NCBI GenBank assembly: GCA_965277805.1
Contig: OZ255842.1
Location: 3,264,001-3,328,000 of the forward strand
Length of the DNA stretch: 64,000 bases
Source: Candidatus Lustribacter sp.
Lineage (GTDB): Bacteria > Vulcanimicrobiota > Vulcanimicrobiia > Vulcanimicrobiales > Vulcanimicrobiaceae
Reading direction: 5' to 3'
Under the pieces are notes generated by a model. That model was given only the letters and a program-made list of their open reading frames with translations, was not told the origin of the DNA and searched no databases. This document shows, in pieces, positions 9,340 to 19,036 of this stretch. A program made the translations under genes and the position numbers. Numbering within the stretch: the first letter of the stretch is position 1; each line of letters opens with the position of its first letter.

Positions 9340-11396
9340 GCTTCTTCCACCGTCAGGATCAGATGGCCATAGGGATTGACCACCACGTGCACCCCGGGCG
9401 GAATGCAGGTGAGCGAGCCGGGCTCTTCGATCATTGCGGGTCCGGTAAACGTCATGCCCGCATTGAGGCGGTCGCGGTCGTAAATTGCAGTCTGCACCGG
9501 CGCTCCCGCCGAGAACCGCACCGCGCGGCGTTCGATCAACGCCTCCGACGGATCGGTATCGCCCGAAAGCAAGCGCGGCGGCTGCGGTTTGTTCAGCGCG
9601 CCAACGACCGAGACGCGCGCGGCAACGAATTCTGCCGGTTCTTCGGGCGCGTTGTGTCCGTACCGCTGCAGATACTGCGCATCGAAAGCGGCCTTGATGG
9701 TTTGCTCGGCGTCCGGCGCGTCGAGCGCGGCCGGAAACGGGATGGTCACCGCGTGCTCTTGCCCCTGATAGCGGACGTCGGCCGCGCGTTCGTACGTGAC
9801 CGTCGCCGGCGCGATGCCGGTCGACGCCAGCCAGGCCGCCGCCTCCGCGGTCAGTTCAGCGTAGATGCCGGCGATCGCCGATGCGAGCGTCGCGGCTTTG
9901 AGCGGTGCGACGAACGTGCGCGCGTATTCGCGCCGCAAATCGGCCGTGAGCATGCCGTAGGCGGAGAAGTGGCCCGGCGCAACCGGAATCACGACGTCGC
10001 GCACCGCGAGTTCGCGGGCCACGTCGACCGCCTGCATCGGACCGGCGCCGCCGTAGGCGATCAAGACGAAGTCGCGCGGATCGAGGCCGCGTTCGGTCGA
10101 GACGGTGCGCACGGCATACGCCATCTGCGTGGTCGCGATCGCGACGATCCCTTCGGCTGCTTCGGCAAGATCGATGCCGAGCGGTTCCGCAATTTGCGTG
10201 CGGATCGCGCGTTCGGCCGCGGCCGCATCGAGCTGCAATCGTCCGTCGGCGAAGCGCTCGGGCGAAAGCCGTCCGAGCACCAGATGCGCGTCCGTCACGG
10301 TCGGGTTCGTGCCGCCGCGTCCGTAACACGCCGGGCCCGGGCTCGCACCGGCGCTTTGCGGGCCGACGTGCAGGCCGCCCGCTTCATCGATCCAGGCGAT
10401 GCTGCCGCCGCCCGTGCCGACTTCCTTGATGTCGAGCACGGGGATGCGAATGGCCAGCCCTTCGTTGTAACCGCCGATGAAGAAATCCGGCGAGAGGTTC
10501 GCAATCCCGTCCTGCAGCACGCACGCTTTCGCGGTCGTGCCGCCCATGTCGAAGCAGATGAGATCGCGCGTATCGAGCCCTGCCGCCAGCACGCTCGCGC
10601 CGACGACGCCGGCCGCCGGCCCCGACTCGAGCATCTGGATGCATTGCGACTTCGCCGTCGCAACGTCGCACAAACCGCCGCTCGACTGCATGATCAGCAG
10701 TTCGCCGGCGAACGCGCCCGCGCGTAGACGTTGATCCAGATCTTCGATGTAGCGGCTCACGCGCGGGCCGACGTAGGCGTTCGCGACAGTGGTCGACGTG
10801 CGTTCGTACTCTCGATACTCGCGCGAAACGTCGTGCGAGGCGGTGACGAAGAGTTTCGGGCCGGCAGCGAACAAAATCGCGCGCATCCGGTCCTCGTGAT
10901 CGACGTTCGCGTAGGCGTGCAGAAACACGATCGCCACCGACTCGATGCCGGCGGCGACGAGGTCGACGGCCAGCGTCGTCGCAGCCCCTTCATCGAAGGC
11001 CTTCCAGACCGAACCGTCGTGCAGCATACGCTCGCGCACTTCGAACACGCGGTCGCGCGCGACCAGCGGTACGTGTTTGCGAAAGAACAGGTTGAACGAA
11101 TCGGGCCGGTTGATGCGCCCGATCTCGTAGACGTCGCGGAAGCCTTCGGTCGTGATCAGCGCGGTCTGCGCGCCCTTGCGTTCGAGGATCGCGTTGATCG
11201 CAACGGTCGAGCCGTGGATGACGAATTCCGCCGTCGACGGTGCGGTGCCGGCGCGTTCGATCGCCGCGAACACGCCGTCGGCGAGATTGTCCGGCGTGCT
11301 TAGCGCTTTGCCGAACGTCACCACGCCCGTCCCGACGTCCATGACGGTCACGTCGGTGAACGTTCCGCCGATATCGACGGCAATACGGCTGCTCAC
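9336..11396 (-). CDS. Hydantoinase A/oxoprolinase family ATP-binding subunit
   Basis: VDIGGTFTD, HGSTVAINAILERKG, REYERTSTT, ESGPAAG, DMGGTT, GTGGGSIA and GPACYGRGG motifs; coupled to subunit B. Confidence 0.93.
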   Translation of the reverse strand: MSSRIAVDIGGTFTDVTVMDVGTGVVTFGKALSTPDNLADGVFAAIERAGTAPSTAEFVIHGSTVAINAILERKGAQTALITTEGFRDVYEIGRINRPDSFNLFFRKHVPLVARDRVFEVRERMLHDGSVWKAFDEGAATTLAVDLVAAGIESVAIVFLHAYANVDHEDRMRAILFAAGPKLFVTASHDVSREYREYERTSTTVANAYVGPRVSRYIEDLDQRLRAGAFAGELLIMQSSGGLCDVATAKSQCIQMLESGPAAGVVGASVLAAGLDTRDLICFDMGGTTAKACVLQDGIANLSPDFFIGGYNEGLAIRIPVLDIKEVGTGGGSIAWIDEAGGLHVGPQSAGASPGPACYGRGGTNPTVTDAHLVLGRLSPERFADGRLQLDAAAAERAIRTQIAEPLGIDLAEAAEGIVAIATTQMAYAVRTVSTERGLDPRDFVLIAYGGAGPMQAVDVARELAVRDVVIPVAPGHFSAYGMLTADLRREYARTFVAPLKAATLASAIAGIYAELTAEAAAWLASTGIAPATVTYERAADVRYQGQEHAVTIPFPAALDAPDAEQTIKAAFDAQYLQRYGHNAPEEPAEFVAARVSVVGALNKPQPPRLLSGDTDPSEALIERRAVRFSAGAPVQTAIYDRDRLNAGMTFTGPAMIEEPGSLTCIPPGVHVVVNPYGHLILTVEEA

Positions 11397-12697
11397 GTGA
11401 GTTGCAGCGCCGCGGTGAGATCGGCTGCCGCCGCATCGCGCGGTCCAAGCGGCTCGAGACCGAAACGCGTTTCGATCAGTTTCAAGATGGAGGTCGTGTC
11501 GTAGGGCGTATGATCGATGTGCCTCTTCTTCGCAAACGGCGAAATGATAATCGCCGGGATGCGCCGCCCGGGCCCCCAGCGGTCGATCTTCGGCGGCGCC
11601 ACGTGGTCCCAGAAACTATGCCCTTCGTCATACGTCACGATGACGACGCTGTCTTTCCAGTACGCGCTCTCTTGCACGGCACGCACCAAATCGGCCGCGT
11701 GCCGATCTGCCTCGAGCAAGCCTCGCATCTCTTTCGGGTGCTCGTTTTCGGCTGGTTTCACGAACGCGACGCGCGGCAGCGTGCCGTTCTTCAGGTCGGT
11801 GACAAACACGCCCTCATCGTTCTTCACGTGCGCCGTCCAACCAGGCGTGCCGGCCGTGACATCGCGGAAGATCATGAATGGGCGCGACGACGGCGTCGTG
11901 CCGCCCGCGTACCACGCCCACGAAATGCCCGCCGCATCGAGCCGGTTACCGATATGCGGCCGCGTCTGCTTCGGCGCGCGGGCGACCTCCTCGACCGAGA
12001 GGTTATTGACGATGTAGCCGTCGGGCGTGATCAAGCCATCTTTGATGAGCGTCCCGTCGGGCGCCACTTGGGCAACCAGCTCGGCCGGCGCGTCCGGCCA
12101 CTGCGGCACGCCGCCCGAAAAGAGAAAATAGTGGTTCATCGCCGTACCGCCGAACGCGGCTTGGAAGAACCGGTCGGCGAGCACGAACTCTTGCGCGTAT
12201 AGCCACATCGGCAAGGATCGCCCGTCGAAGTAGCCCATCACCGGACTGCCGGAAATCGACGCATAGCCGTCCATCGCCCCACCGTTGATGGCGCGCTGCG
12301 CCTGATAGAAGTTGTTGGCTTGTTCGAATGACGCGTTCAAAGGCTTATCGATCGGCACGTACGCCCCGAGGTCAAACGGCCGGTTCGGCAATGCCGGAAT
12401 CGCGAGCGACGGGTAGGCCGCATCGAGCGGATGTCCGTTGAACGCCGGCAGCACGGCGTACGGCTTCCCGCTCGCATCGGCTTGCGGCGCAGCATGCGCC
12501 GCATTCGCCAGACCGTCGGCGCCCGGAAACATGCCGTAGAGATGATCGAACGAACGGTTCTCGAGATAGATCACGATGATGTGCTCGATCTTTTCCAAGC
12601 CCCGCACGGGCGTCGGAACGGCGCGGGCCGGCAGCGGAAACGCCCCCAGCGCGGCTCCGGCCGCCAAAAGTGCCGAAGCGCGCGCTCGGCTGATCAT
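11393..12697 (-). CDS. Secreted phosphoesterase (phospholipase C/acid phosphatase AcpA family)
   Basis: IEHIIVIYLENRSFDHLYG, TYDEG..FWDHVAPP, GPGRRIPAIIISPFAK and YDTTSILK motifs; signal peptide. Confidence 0.88.
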   Translation of the reverse strand: MISRARASALLAAGAALGAFPLPARAVPTPVRGLEKIEHIIVIYLENRSFDHLYGMFPGADGLANAAHAAPQADASGKPYAVLPAFNGHPLDAAYPSLAIPALPNRPFDLGAYVPIDKPLNASFEQANNFYQAQRAINGGAMDGYASISGSPVMGYFDGRSLPMWLYAQEFVLADRFFQAAFGGTAMNHYFLFSGGVPQWPDAPAELVAQVAPDGTLIKDGLITPDGYIVNNLSVEEVARAPKQTRPHIGNRLDAAGISWAWYAGGTTPSSRPFMIFRDVTAGTPGWTAHVKNDEGVFVTDLKNGTLPRVAFVKPAENEHPKEMRGLLEADRHAADLVRAVQESAYWKDSVVIVTYDEGHSFWDHVAPPKIDRWGPGRRIPAIIISPFAKKRHIDHTPYDTTSILKLIETRFGLEPLGPRDAAAADLTAALQLT

Positions 12698-12698
12698 C

Positions 12699-13784
12699 CT
12701 ATGATGCTTTGTAGGCCTTCGCCCGGCGCACGACCGCGCCGACGTCGAACTTGTTGAATTCGGGAACGAACTGGTTGGTGTAGAGCGAATCGAGCGGCGG
12801 GTCTTGCGTGATCAGACCGCCGACCTTTAGCGAGACGATCTCCGTCGTCCAGTCTTTGGGGCTGAAGAGGCCGTACTGGTGCGGCTCGCCGTCTTGCCAG
12901 ATCATCATGTTGTTCAAGCGCACTTGCAGCAGCAACAGGTTCTCCTTCAGCGCGTCGGCGTCCGAACCGGCCGGGCGCAATTCGGGATAGTGCTTCCAAT
13001 ACGACTCGAGGCAGGCCGTCGGGTTGGCATTGCACGCGACCGTTGCTTCGGCGCTGATGCGGCCGAACTTCGCGACCAAATCCGGACGCTCGCGAATCAT
13101 CTTGTTGGTCACCGGGAACGCGTGGCTCGCGACGTTCGTGAATTCCGGCGGGAACTTGAGCAGACGGATCTTCGTGCCTTCGAGCTTCATCTGCGCATCC
13201 ATGATATCGAAGAGGTTCAAGGCATCGATCTTGCCCGTACGCAGCGCTTGGAAGGCCGGAACGCCGGTACCGACCGCAACGAAGTTCACGCTGGCCGGAT
13301 CGACGCCGGCTTGCTTGAGGATGGCCTTCGTCATCGAAACGTTGCCGAACGTGAGCGCGCCGACGCCGATCGTCTTACCGCCCAAGTCTTTGACCGACTT
13401 GATCGGGCTGTTATCGAGCACCGAGATTTCCCAGATCGAGTTGCGCGCCGAGTTGTAAACGAAGCGGAAGTCGAAGTTCGGGCGGCCGGGCTGACGCGAG
13501 ATGATCAGCGGATCGAGCGTGCTGAACGTGGTGAACACTTGTCCGCTCATCAACTGCGGCAGAATTACGCCCGAGCCGTCGAGGTTGACGACCGACATCT
13601 CGAGGTTCTCTTCTTTGAAGAACCCGAGGTCTTGCGCGAACACCCACGGCGCGAAGCCGATTGTTAGCGGGCCGGGCCACGCGAAGACGATCGAATCGGG
13701 TCCGGCCGCGCGCACCGGAACGATGGTCGCGGCGGCAAACGCTGCGACCAGCGCAAGACCGCGAACAAGGGACGAGAAACGCAT
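12699..13784 (-). CDS. ABC transporter substrate-binding protein, SsuA/THI5/NMT1-like
   Basis: Sec-type leader MRFSSLVRGLALVAAFAA; GFFKEENLE and IKSVKDLGGKTIGV motifs. Likely the cognate SBP of the 18248-19799 transporter (inference). Confidence 0.85.
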   Translation of the reverse strand: MRFSSLVRGLALVAAFAAATIVPVRAAGPDSIVFAWPGPLTIGFAPWVFAQDLGFFKEENLEMSVVNLDGSGVILPQLMSGQVFTTFSTLDPLIISRQPGRPNFDFRFVYNSARNSIWEISVLDNSPIKSVKDLGGKTIGVGALTFGNVSMTKAILKQAGVDPASVNFVAVGTGVPAFQALRTGKIDALNLFDIMDAQMKLEGTKIRLLKFPPEFTNVASHAFPVTNKMIRERPDLVAKFGRISAEATVACNANPTACLESYWKHYPELRPAGSDADALKENLLLLQVRLNNMMIWQDGEPHQYGLFSPKDWTTEIVSLKVGGLITQDPPLDSLYTNQFVPEFNKFDVGAVVRRAKAYKAS

Positions 13785-13844
13785 GCGAACTCCAATGAGC
13801 GGATGATGGCGAGTAAGAGTTAGACGGAAACGAAGTGATGGCAT

Positions 13845-15371
13845 CTAGGCGGGCGTGCCTGGCAAGAGATACCGCCCCAGCTTGTCCTGGCCGAAACCGG
13901 GAACCGCACGGAGCGCGTTGAGTTCGCGCACGATCTCGCGACCGTCGGCGCTGCCCACGGCGGCGAGCAACTCGGTGAAATATTTCGGGCCGGCGGCGAG
14001 CGCATCGCGCACCGAAGCAAAGCGCACGCCGGTGAATTCCGGCGGCGCGGGCACGCTGGTCTCGAGCGTTGCCCTCGCGCCGAACGGCCAGGTAAGATCG
14101 AAGCCCGTCTTCGCGCCGGCGCGCCGGCCGTCGAGCGAGGGATCGAGCGGCAGAGTGCGCATCGCCTCGCCGACGACGATGTCGCGGTCACCTTGGAAGC
14201 GCGTCGCCATCGCCCAGTCCATTTGGTCGGACGACGTGATGTCGATATCGGGATCGACGACGAAGACGTTCTTCACGTTGGCGAGCGAGCCCATGACGGC
14301 GTGGATCGCATTGCGCGCTTCGCCGGGTGCGCGCTGACGCAGTGCGACGCGCACGTTGAAGCTGCCGCCGCTCGACGTCGTGGCGTGCACGGCAACGGGC
14401 TCCCGCACCGCCGTCTCGAGCGTGCGCCACACCATCGATTCCGTACGCAGTGCGGAGATTTGCGCGGTGTCGGTGCGGCTCATCGCGTAGCCGCCGATCG
14501 ACGCGGTTTGGAACAGCGCATCCGCCCGGCTCGTGATCGCGGTGAGATGAAAGACCGGGTTCTGCTTGACCCCACCGTAGTAGCCGAGGAATTCGCCGTA
14601 CGGTCCTTCCCCCTCGGCGTGACCGCGCGCGTCGAAGTAACCTTCGAGGATGTACTCGGCATCCGCCGGCACGAGCAAATCGTTGGTGACGCACTTCACC
14701 ACGCCAAGCGGCGCACCACGCAGCGATGAGATCAGTCCGAGCTCGTCGACCGGCACCTTCAGGGTCGCGGCGATGTGATCGATCGGGTGGCAGCCGACGA
14801 CGAAGCTCACCGGCAACGTTTCGCCGCGCTCGACCGCGGCGAGGTACATCGTCCGCAGATCGCTCGGCGCCACGACGTCGACGCCCGCTTCGTGCGGCCC
14901 GCGCAGCATCAGCCGCCGGGCGCCGACATTCGACCATCCCGTTTGCGCGTCGCGGGCAACGTCGAGCGCCGCCGAGATGTAGGGCCCGCCGTCGAAGCCA
15001 TGCTGCACGTGCACGGGCAAACGCGTCAGGTCGGCATCGTCGCCGGTGAGCACGCGCTGCTGCACGGGCGCCGCGGCGCGCGCGATTTCGATCACTTCGG
15101 CGCGATTGGCGAGGCGGCGCAAGATTTCACGCGGCACGTCGGGCGCCGCAACACCGAACGCGTGCGCAAAACGCGATCGGCTCGACATCACGTTGCCCGC
15201 GAGTTCGGCCCCTTCCGGGCCCACCGACCGGAAGTGCACGGCCTCGGGCGTGCGATCGAGGATCGCCGCGACCTCCGTCAGCGCGACCGGCGCGGCGAAC
15301 TCGGTTACGTCGCCGGCCGGTAACGAAGCAAGAAAGCGCCGTAGCCCGAACGCTTCGCAGTCAACGCTCAT
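13845..15371 (-). CDS. UbiD-family (prFMN-dependent) decarboxylase, copy 1
   Basis: DLTRLPV..DGGPYISA, VPADAEYILEG, EGPYGEFLGYY, VVDPDIDI and WAMATRFQGDRD motifs; C-terminal extension. Confidence 0.9.
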   Translation of the reverse strand: MSVDCEAFGLRRFLASLPAGDVTEFAAPVALTEVAAILDRTPEAVHFRSVGPEGAELAGNVMSSRSRFAHAFGVAAPDVPREILRRLANRAEVIEIARAAAPVQQRVLTGDDADLTRLPVHVQHGFDGGPYISAALDVARDAQTGWSNVGARRLMLRGPHEAGVDVVAPSDLRTMYLAAVERGETLPVSFVVGCHPIDHIAATLKVPVDELGLISSLRGAPLGVVKCVTNDLLVPADAEYILEGYFDARGHAEGEGPYGEFLGYYGGVKQNPVFHLTAITSRADALFQTASIGGYAMSRTDTAQISALRTESMVWRTLETAVREPVAVHATTSSGGSFNVRVALRQRAPGEARNAIHAVMGSLANVKNVFVVDPDIDITSSDQMDWAMATRFQGDRDIVVGEAMRTLPLDPSLDGRRAGAKTGFDLTWPFGARATLETSVPAPPEFTGVRFASVRDALAAGPKYFTELLAAVGSADGREIVRELNALRAVPGFGQDKLGRYLLPGTPA

Positions 15372-15409
15372 GCGACGGGAACGAACCTCCGCGAGGCGAA
15401 CCGGAATGC

Positions 15410-16612
15410 ATGATCGTCACGGAACCTGCCGACGTTTTCGATCCGCGCCACTACGAAGCGTGCCGCCGCCCCGTTGAGGTCGCGGAGACGCTGCCGAATT
15501 GGTGCTACACCTCGCAAGCCTTTTACGAGCGCGAGCGCGAGCACATCTTTCTCAAGCAGTGGATCTGTGCCGGACACGAGAGCCGCGTCGCAACGCCCGG
15601 CAGTTTCTACACCTTTGACTTCGTCGGCGTTCCGATGATCGTCGTGCGCGGCAAGGACGACGTCGTTCGCGCGCTGGTCAACGCGTGCCGGCATCGCGGC
15701 GGCGAAGTCGCCAGCGGTTCCGGCGAGTGCGCCGCCTTCAAGTGCCCCTATCACGCGTGGACGTTCGGCCTCAACGGCGACTTGATCGGGACGCCGATGT
15801 TCGAAGAGAGCGACGTCTTCCGTAAGGCCGACTACGGCCTCACGGAAGTGCGGCTCGAACGCTGGGGCGGCTTTCTCTGGATCAACTTCGATCCGCACGC
15901 CGAGAGCCTCTACTCGTATCTCGGCGATCTGCCCGAACGCGTTGCGGCCTGGAAGCCCGAAGAGATGGCGCTGGCGTCGCACAAGACGTACTTCGTCGAG
16001 GCGAACTGGAAGCAGTACTACGAGAACTTCTCCGACCCGTATCACGTGCCGTTCGTGCACCGCTCGTCGCTGAGTTTCAAGCCCGTCAAGCGGCGCCAGC
16101 TGCACGACCCGGCGATCTACCGCGGCAACTACGTGATGCATCGCGCCTGGTTCGACGGTACGCGCAGCGTGTTGCCGGGCGAAGCGTCGTTCCCCGAGAT
16201 CCCGATCCCCGAAGCGGATCGCGGCACGTTTTATCCGTGGGTGTATCCGACCGCGGGCATGGGTTTTGCGATCGACTCGCTGTTCTGCGTGCAGATTTTG
16301 CCCGACGGCCCGGGGCGCATGCGCATCGAGCGCGACTTCCTCGTGCCCAAGGCTTACACCGAACTGCCCGACTACGAAGCGACGCTGGCCAACTACCTCA
16401 AATCGCAAGAGGTCGTGCAGAACGAAGACGTGCCGATTCTCGAGATGCAGCAGCGCTCGATGCACTCGCCCGTCTACAAGACGGGCCGCTTCGCAACGCT
16501 CGATCAACTCGTGCACGGTTGTCAGAACTGGATCCTCGACCGCGTGCTTGATCCCGATCCCGCCCGCGAAGTGACCAAGCAGCGGCATCTGCGCAGCGTT
16601 TCGATCACGTAA
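15410..16612 (+). CDS. Rieske non-heme iron oxygenase alpha subunit (choline monooxygenase/GbcA/CntA-like group)
   Basis: NACRHRG...CPYHAW Rieske motif, ANWKQYYENFSDPYHVPFVH iron ligands, and EDVPILEMQQ. Confidence 0.9.
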   Translation: MIVTEPADVFDPRHYEACRRPVEVAETLPNWCYTSQAFYEREREHIFLKQWICAGHESRVATPGSFYTFDFVGVPMIVVRGKDDVVRALVNACRHRGGEVASGSGECAAFKCPYHAWTFGLNGDLIGTPMFEESDVFRKADYGLTEVRLERWGGFLWINFDPHAESLYSYLGDLPERVAAWKPEEMALASHKTYFVEANWKQYYENFSDPYHVPFVHRSSLSFKPVKRRQLHDPAIYRGNYVMHRAWFDGTRSVLPGEASFPEIPIPEADRGTFYPWVYPTAGMGFAIDSLFCVQILPDGPGRMRIERDFLVPKAYTELPDYEATLANYLKSQEVVQNEDVPILEMQQRSMHSPVYKTGRFATLDQLVHGCQNWILDRVLDPDPAREVTKQRHLRSVSIT

Positions 16613-18251
16613 CATCGCGGATTTCGGTGTTCATCTCGACGTCGTTGCGCCGGCGTTCGGCGAACTCGCGCCCGGTCTGCCAGTAGTCGCTCTCGACGGC
16701 GCGCTGCGCTTGCGTTTCCAGCTCTTCGGTCCACGCGCCGAGCGAGTAGCCGAACCACGGCGCCTCGGGCTTGAGTTTGCCCAGGTGCAAGACGTCTTCC
16801 CAGATGACGCGCGCGCGCTCCATGTACTCGCGCTTGGGCAGCGAGATCGGCGGGAAGTCCTGGCGTAACGTCGCGTTGATGAGCAGCGTCGAGTCTTCGG
16901 TGCCGCGGGTCTTGTCGCGTGGCCCGTGACCTTCGTGGCGATGCGGAAGGATCTGCACGTCGAGATGCGGCTTCGAGCGAAAGGCAATCGCCCATAGCAG
17001 GGCGTCGGCGTTCGTGGGATCGATGTCGTCGTTGGTCGCGATCACGAGCTTGCCAGACGAGCGCTGAATCGTCGCGATGCCGTACATCGCCCGCCAGACC
17101 TCGTCGTCCGGGACGCCGCGCTCGAACTGCACGACGAACGTCTTGTAGCCGCCCGTCAGCCGCTCGTGACTGTAGACACGCGTGACGCCCTTGATACCGA
17201 GCGCGTTGCGCAAGTGGTTCATGAAGATGAACTCTTGCCCGGGCCGGCGCATGACGCTGACCTCGCTCGGCGCCAGCTGCGCCATGAACGACGTTAGGAT
17301 CGGCTGCTCGCGCCGCGTGATGCACGTGACGTCCATGAACGCGTTGTATTCCTGAACGTTCACGTAACCGTGCGATTCGCCGAACGGCGCCTCGGGCTCG
17401 AGATATTCCGTGTCGATGAAGCCTTCGATGACGAACTCGGCCTCGGCCGGTACCAGCAGATCGACGGTGCGCGCACGCACGACGTTGATCGGGCTGCGTA
17501 CGAGCCCGCCGGCCAGCGCGAATTCATCGAGACCCTCGGGGGCCTTCTGCACGGCCGCATAGGCGATCGACGGCGGCACACCGACCGCGATCGCCGCCGG
17601 CATCTTCTCGCCGCGCGCCTTGTGCTTCAGCCAGTGGGCGTAGATCCCGGCGCGCAGTTCGACCGACGGGTTCATCCCGACGCGGCGCGGCGACTTCACT
17701 TGCGAGCGGTACAGTCCGACGTTTTGCACCCCCGTGTCGGGATCTTTGGTGACGAAACACGACGTGCTGAAGTACGGCGCGTTATCCCAGCCGGGAGTTG
17801 AGATCGGCACCGGCAGGGCGTCGACGCCGCAGCCCGGTTCGTCCAGCGCGTCGCCTTCGATGATGACGTCGTGGCAGGGTGCGTCCTCGACGACGCGCGG
17901 CGGAATCGGATTTGCGTACGCGCGCGCCCACGCGTCGCGCACCTCGGTGACCGGGTAGCCGACACCGATTTCGAACACCGCCGGGCTCGCGCCCATCGCG
18001 CCGAGCAGCACCGGGAAGTCGTAGTGCTTGCCCTTGCTATCGACCACATTCGTGAACAGCATCGCCTTGCGATCGTTCTCATCGATGCCGCCGCGAAATT
18101 GCCAACGCATCAGCGGGTGCATTTCGGTGTCTTTGTTGATCGGCACGTCGACCCGGATCAGCAGTCCTGCTTCGTCGAGCGCGCGCACTTGATCGTGCAA
18201 ATCCATGTACGCGCGTTCGGGTGGTGCGGAGCGCGCGGCAGACGTGGTCAT
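16605..18251 (-). CDS. UbiD-family decarboxylase, copy 2 (divergent from copy 1)
   Basis: LPVPISTPGWDNAPY, TKDPDTGVQNVGLYR, VPAEAEFVIEG, EAPFGESHGY and DDIDP..ADALLWAIAFR motifs. Confidence 0.9.
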   Translation of the reverse strand: MTTSAARSAPPERAYMDLHDQVRALDEAGLLIRVDVPINKDTEMHPLMRWQFRGGIDENDRKAMLFTNVVDSKGKHYDFPVLLGAMGASPAVFEIGVGYPVTEVRDAWARAYANPIPPRVVEDAPCHDVIIEGDALDEPGCGVDALPVPISTPGWDNAPYFSTSCFVTKDPDTGVQNVGLYRSQVKSPRRVGMNPSVELRAGIYAHWLKHKARGEKMPAAIAVGVPPSIAYAAVQKAPEGLDEFALAGGLVRSPINVVRARTVDLLVPAEAEFVIEGFIDTEYLEPEAPFGESHGYVNVQEYNAFMDVTCITRREQPILTSFMAQLAPSEVSVMRRPGQEFIFMNHLRNALGIKGVTRVYSHERLTGGYKTFVVQFERGVPDDEVWRAMYGIATIQRSSGKLVIATNDDIDPTNADALLWAIAFRSKPHLDVQILPHRHEGHGPRDKTRGTEDSTLLINATLRQDFPPISLPKREYMERARVIWEDVLHLGKLKPEAPWFGYSLGAWTEELETQAQRAVESDYWQTGREFAERRRNDVEMNTEIRDVT

Positions 18252-19036
18252 GGTGCGGAGGTCCGCGCCGGCGATTGACCCGGCTCCCAGAATGCCACGC
18301 GTTTACGGATCGCGGAGATGAGTTGGGTCGAGAGCACGCCGATGATCGAGAGCACGACGACCGATGCAAACATCAGCGCGACGTTGAAGTCGGCGCTTGC
18401 GGCTTGGATGACGTGCCCGAGCCCGTGGCGGGAGGAGACGAATTCTGCGACGACTGCGCCCAACAGCGCCAGCACGACGCTGATCTCGAGCCCGGCGAAA
18501 ATTTGCGTCAACGCCGAGGGTACCTTGATGCTCCAGAAAATCTGAGCGCGCCGCGCGCCGAAGGCACGATAAAGGTCGATCAGATCGGTCGGGCACGACT
18601 TCAAACCGACGACCGTATTGACGAAGCACGGAAAGAAACAAATCAGGCAGATCAGCACGACCTTCGACGCGAGATCGAAACCGAACCACACCACGATCAC
18701 CGGCGCGAGCGCCACCTTCGGCACCGACTGGAAAGCCACGATCAGCGGATAGAACGCGCGCTCGAGCACTGAGAACTCGCTCACGGCGGCGGCGCACAGG
18801 AACGCCAGCGCGCAGCCGATCGCGTACCCGATGATGATCGCCGAGACGGTGGCCCAGATATCGGTCCAAAGGAAGCCGCTCACCAGGCTCTGCACGAGCA
18901 CGACGATGACCGACCACGGCGTAGGAATCAGGTAGGACGGGACGCTCAAGAAGCCGACGCCGACTTGCCAGACCGCCAGAAACACCAGCGCCGTTGCGGT
19001 GGGGAGCAAGACGTTGCCGAGGCGCGTGTCACGCAT
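18248..19036 (-). CDS. ABC transporter permease (SsuC/TauC-like)
   Basis: Hydrophobic; PKVALAP, FFPCFVNTVVGL and GAVVAEF..S..GLG motifs. Confidence 0.92.
   Translation of the reverse strand: MRDTRLGNVLLPTATALVFLAVWQVGVGFLSVPSYLIPTPWSVIVVLVQSLVSGFLWTDIWATVSAIIIGYAIGCALAFLCAAAVSEFSVLERAFYPLIVAFQSVPKVALAPVIVVWFGFDLASKVVLICLICFFPCFVNTVVGLKSCPTDLIDLYRAFGARRAQIFWSIKVPSALTQIFAGLEISVVLALLGAVVAEFVSSRHGLGHVIQAASADFNVALMFASVVVLSIIGVLSTQLISAIRKRVAFWEPGQSPARTSAP

Noticed and set aside
6047-11303. Long + strand ORFs (6047-7636, 7627-8556, 9330-10727 and others)
   Set aside because: They are antisense to SBP and hydantoinase genes, as expected in high-GC DNA.
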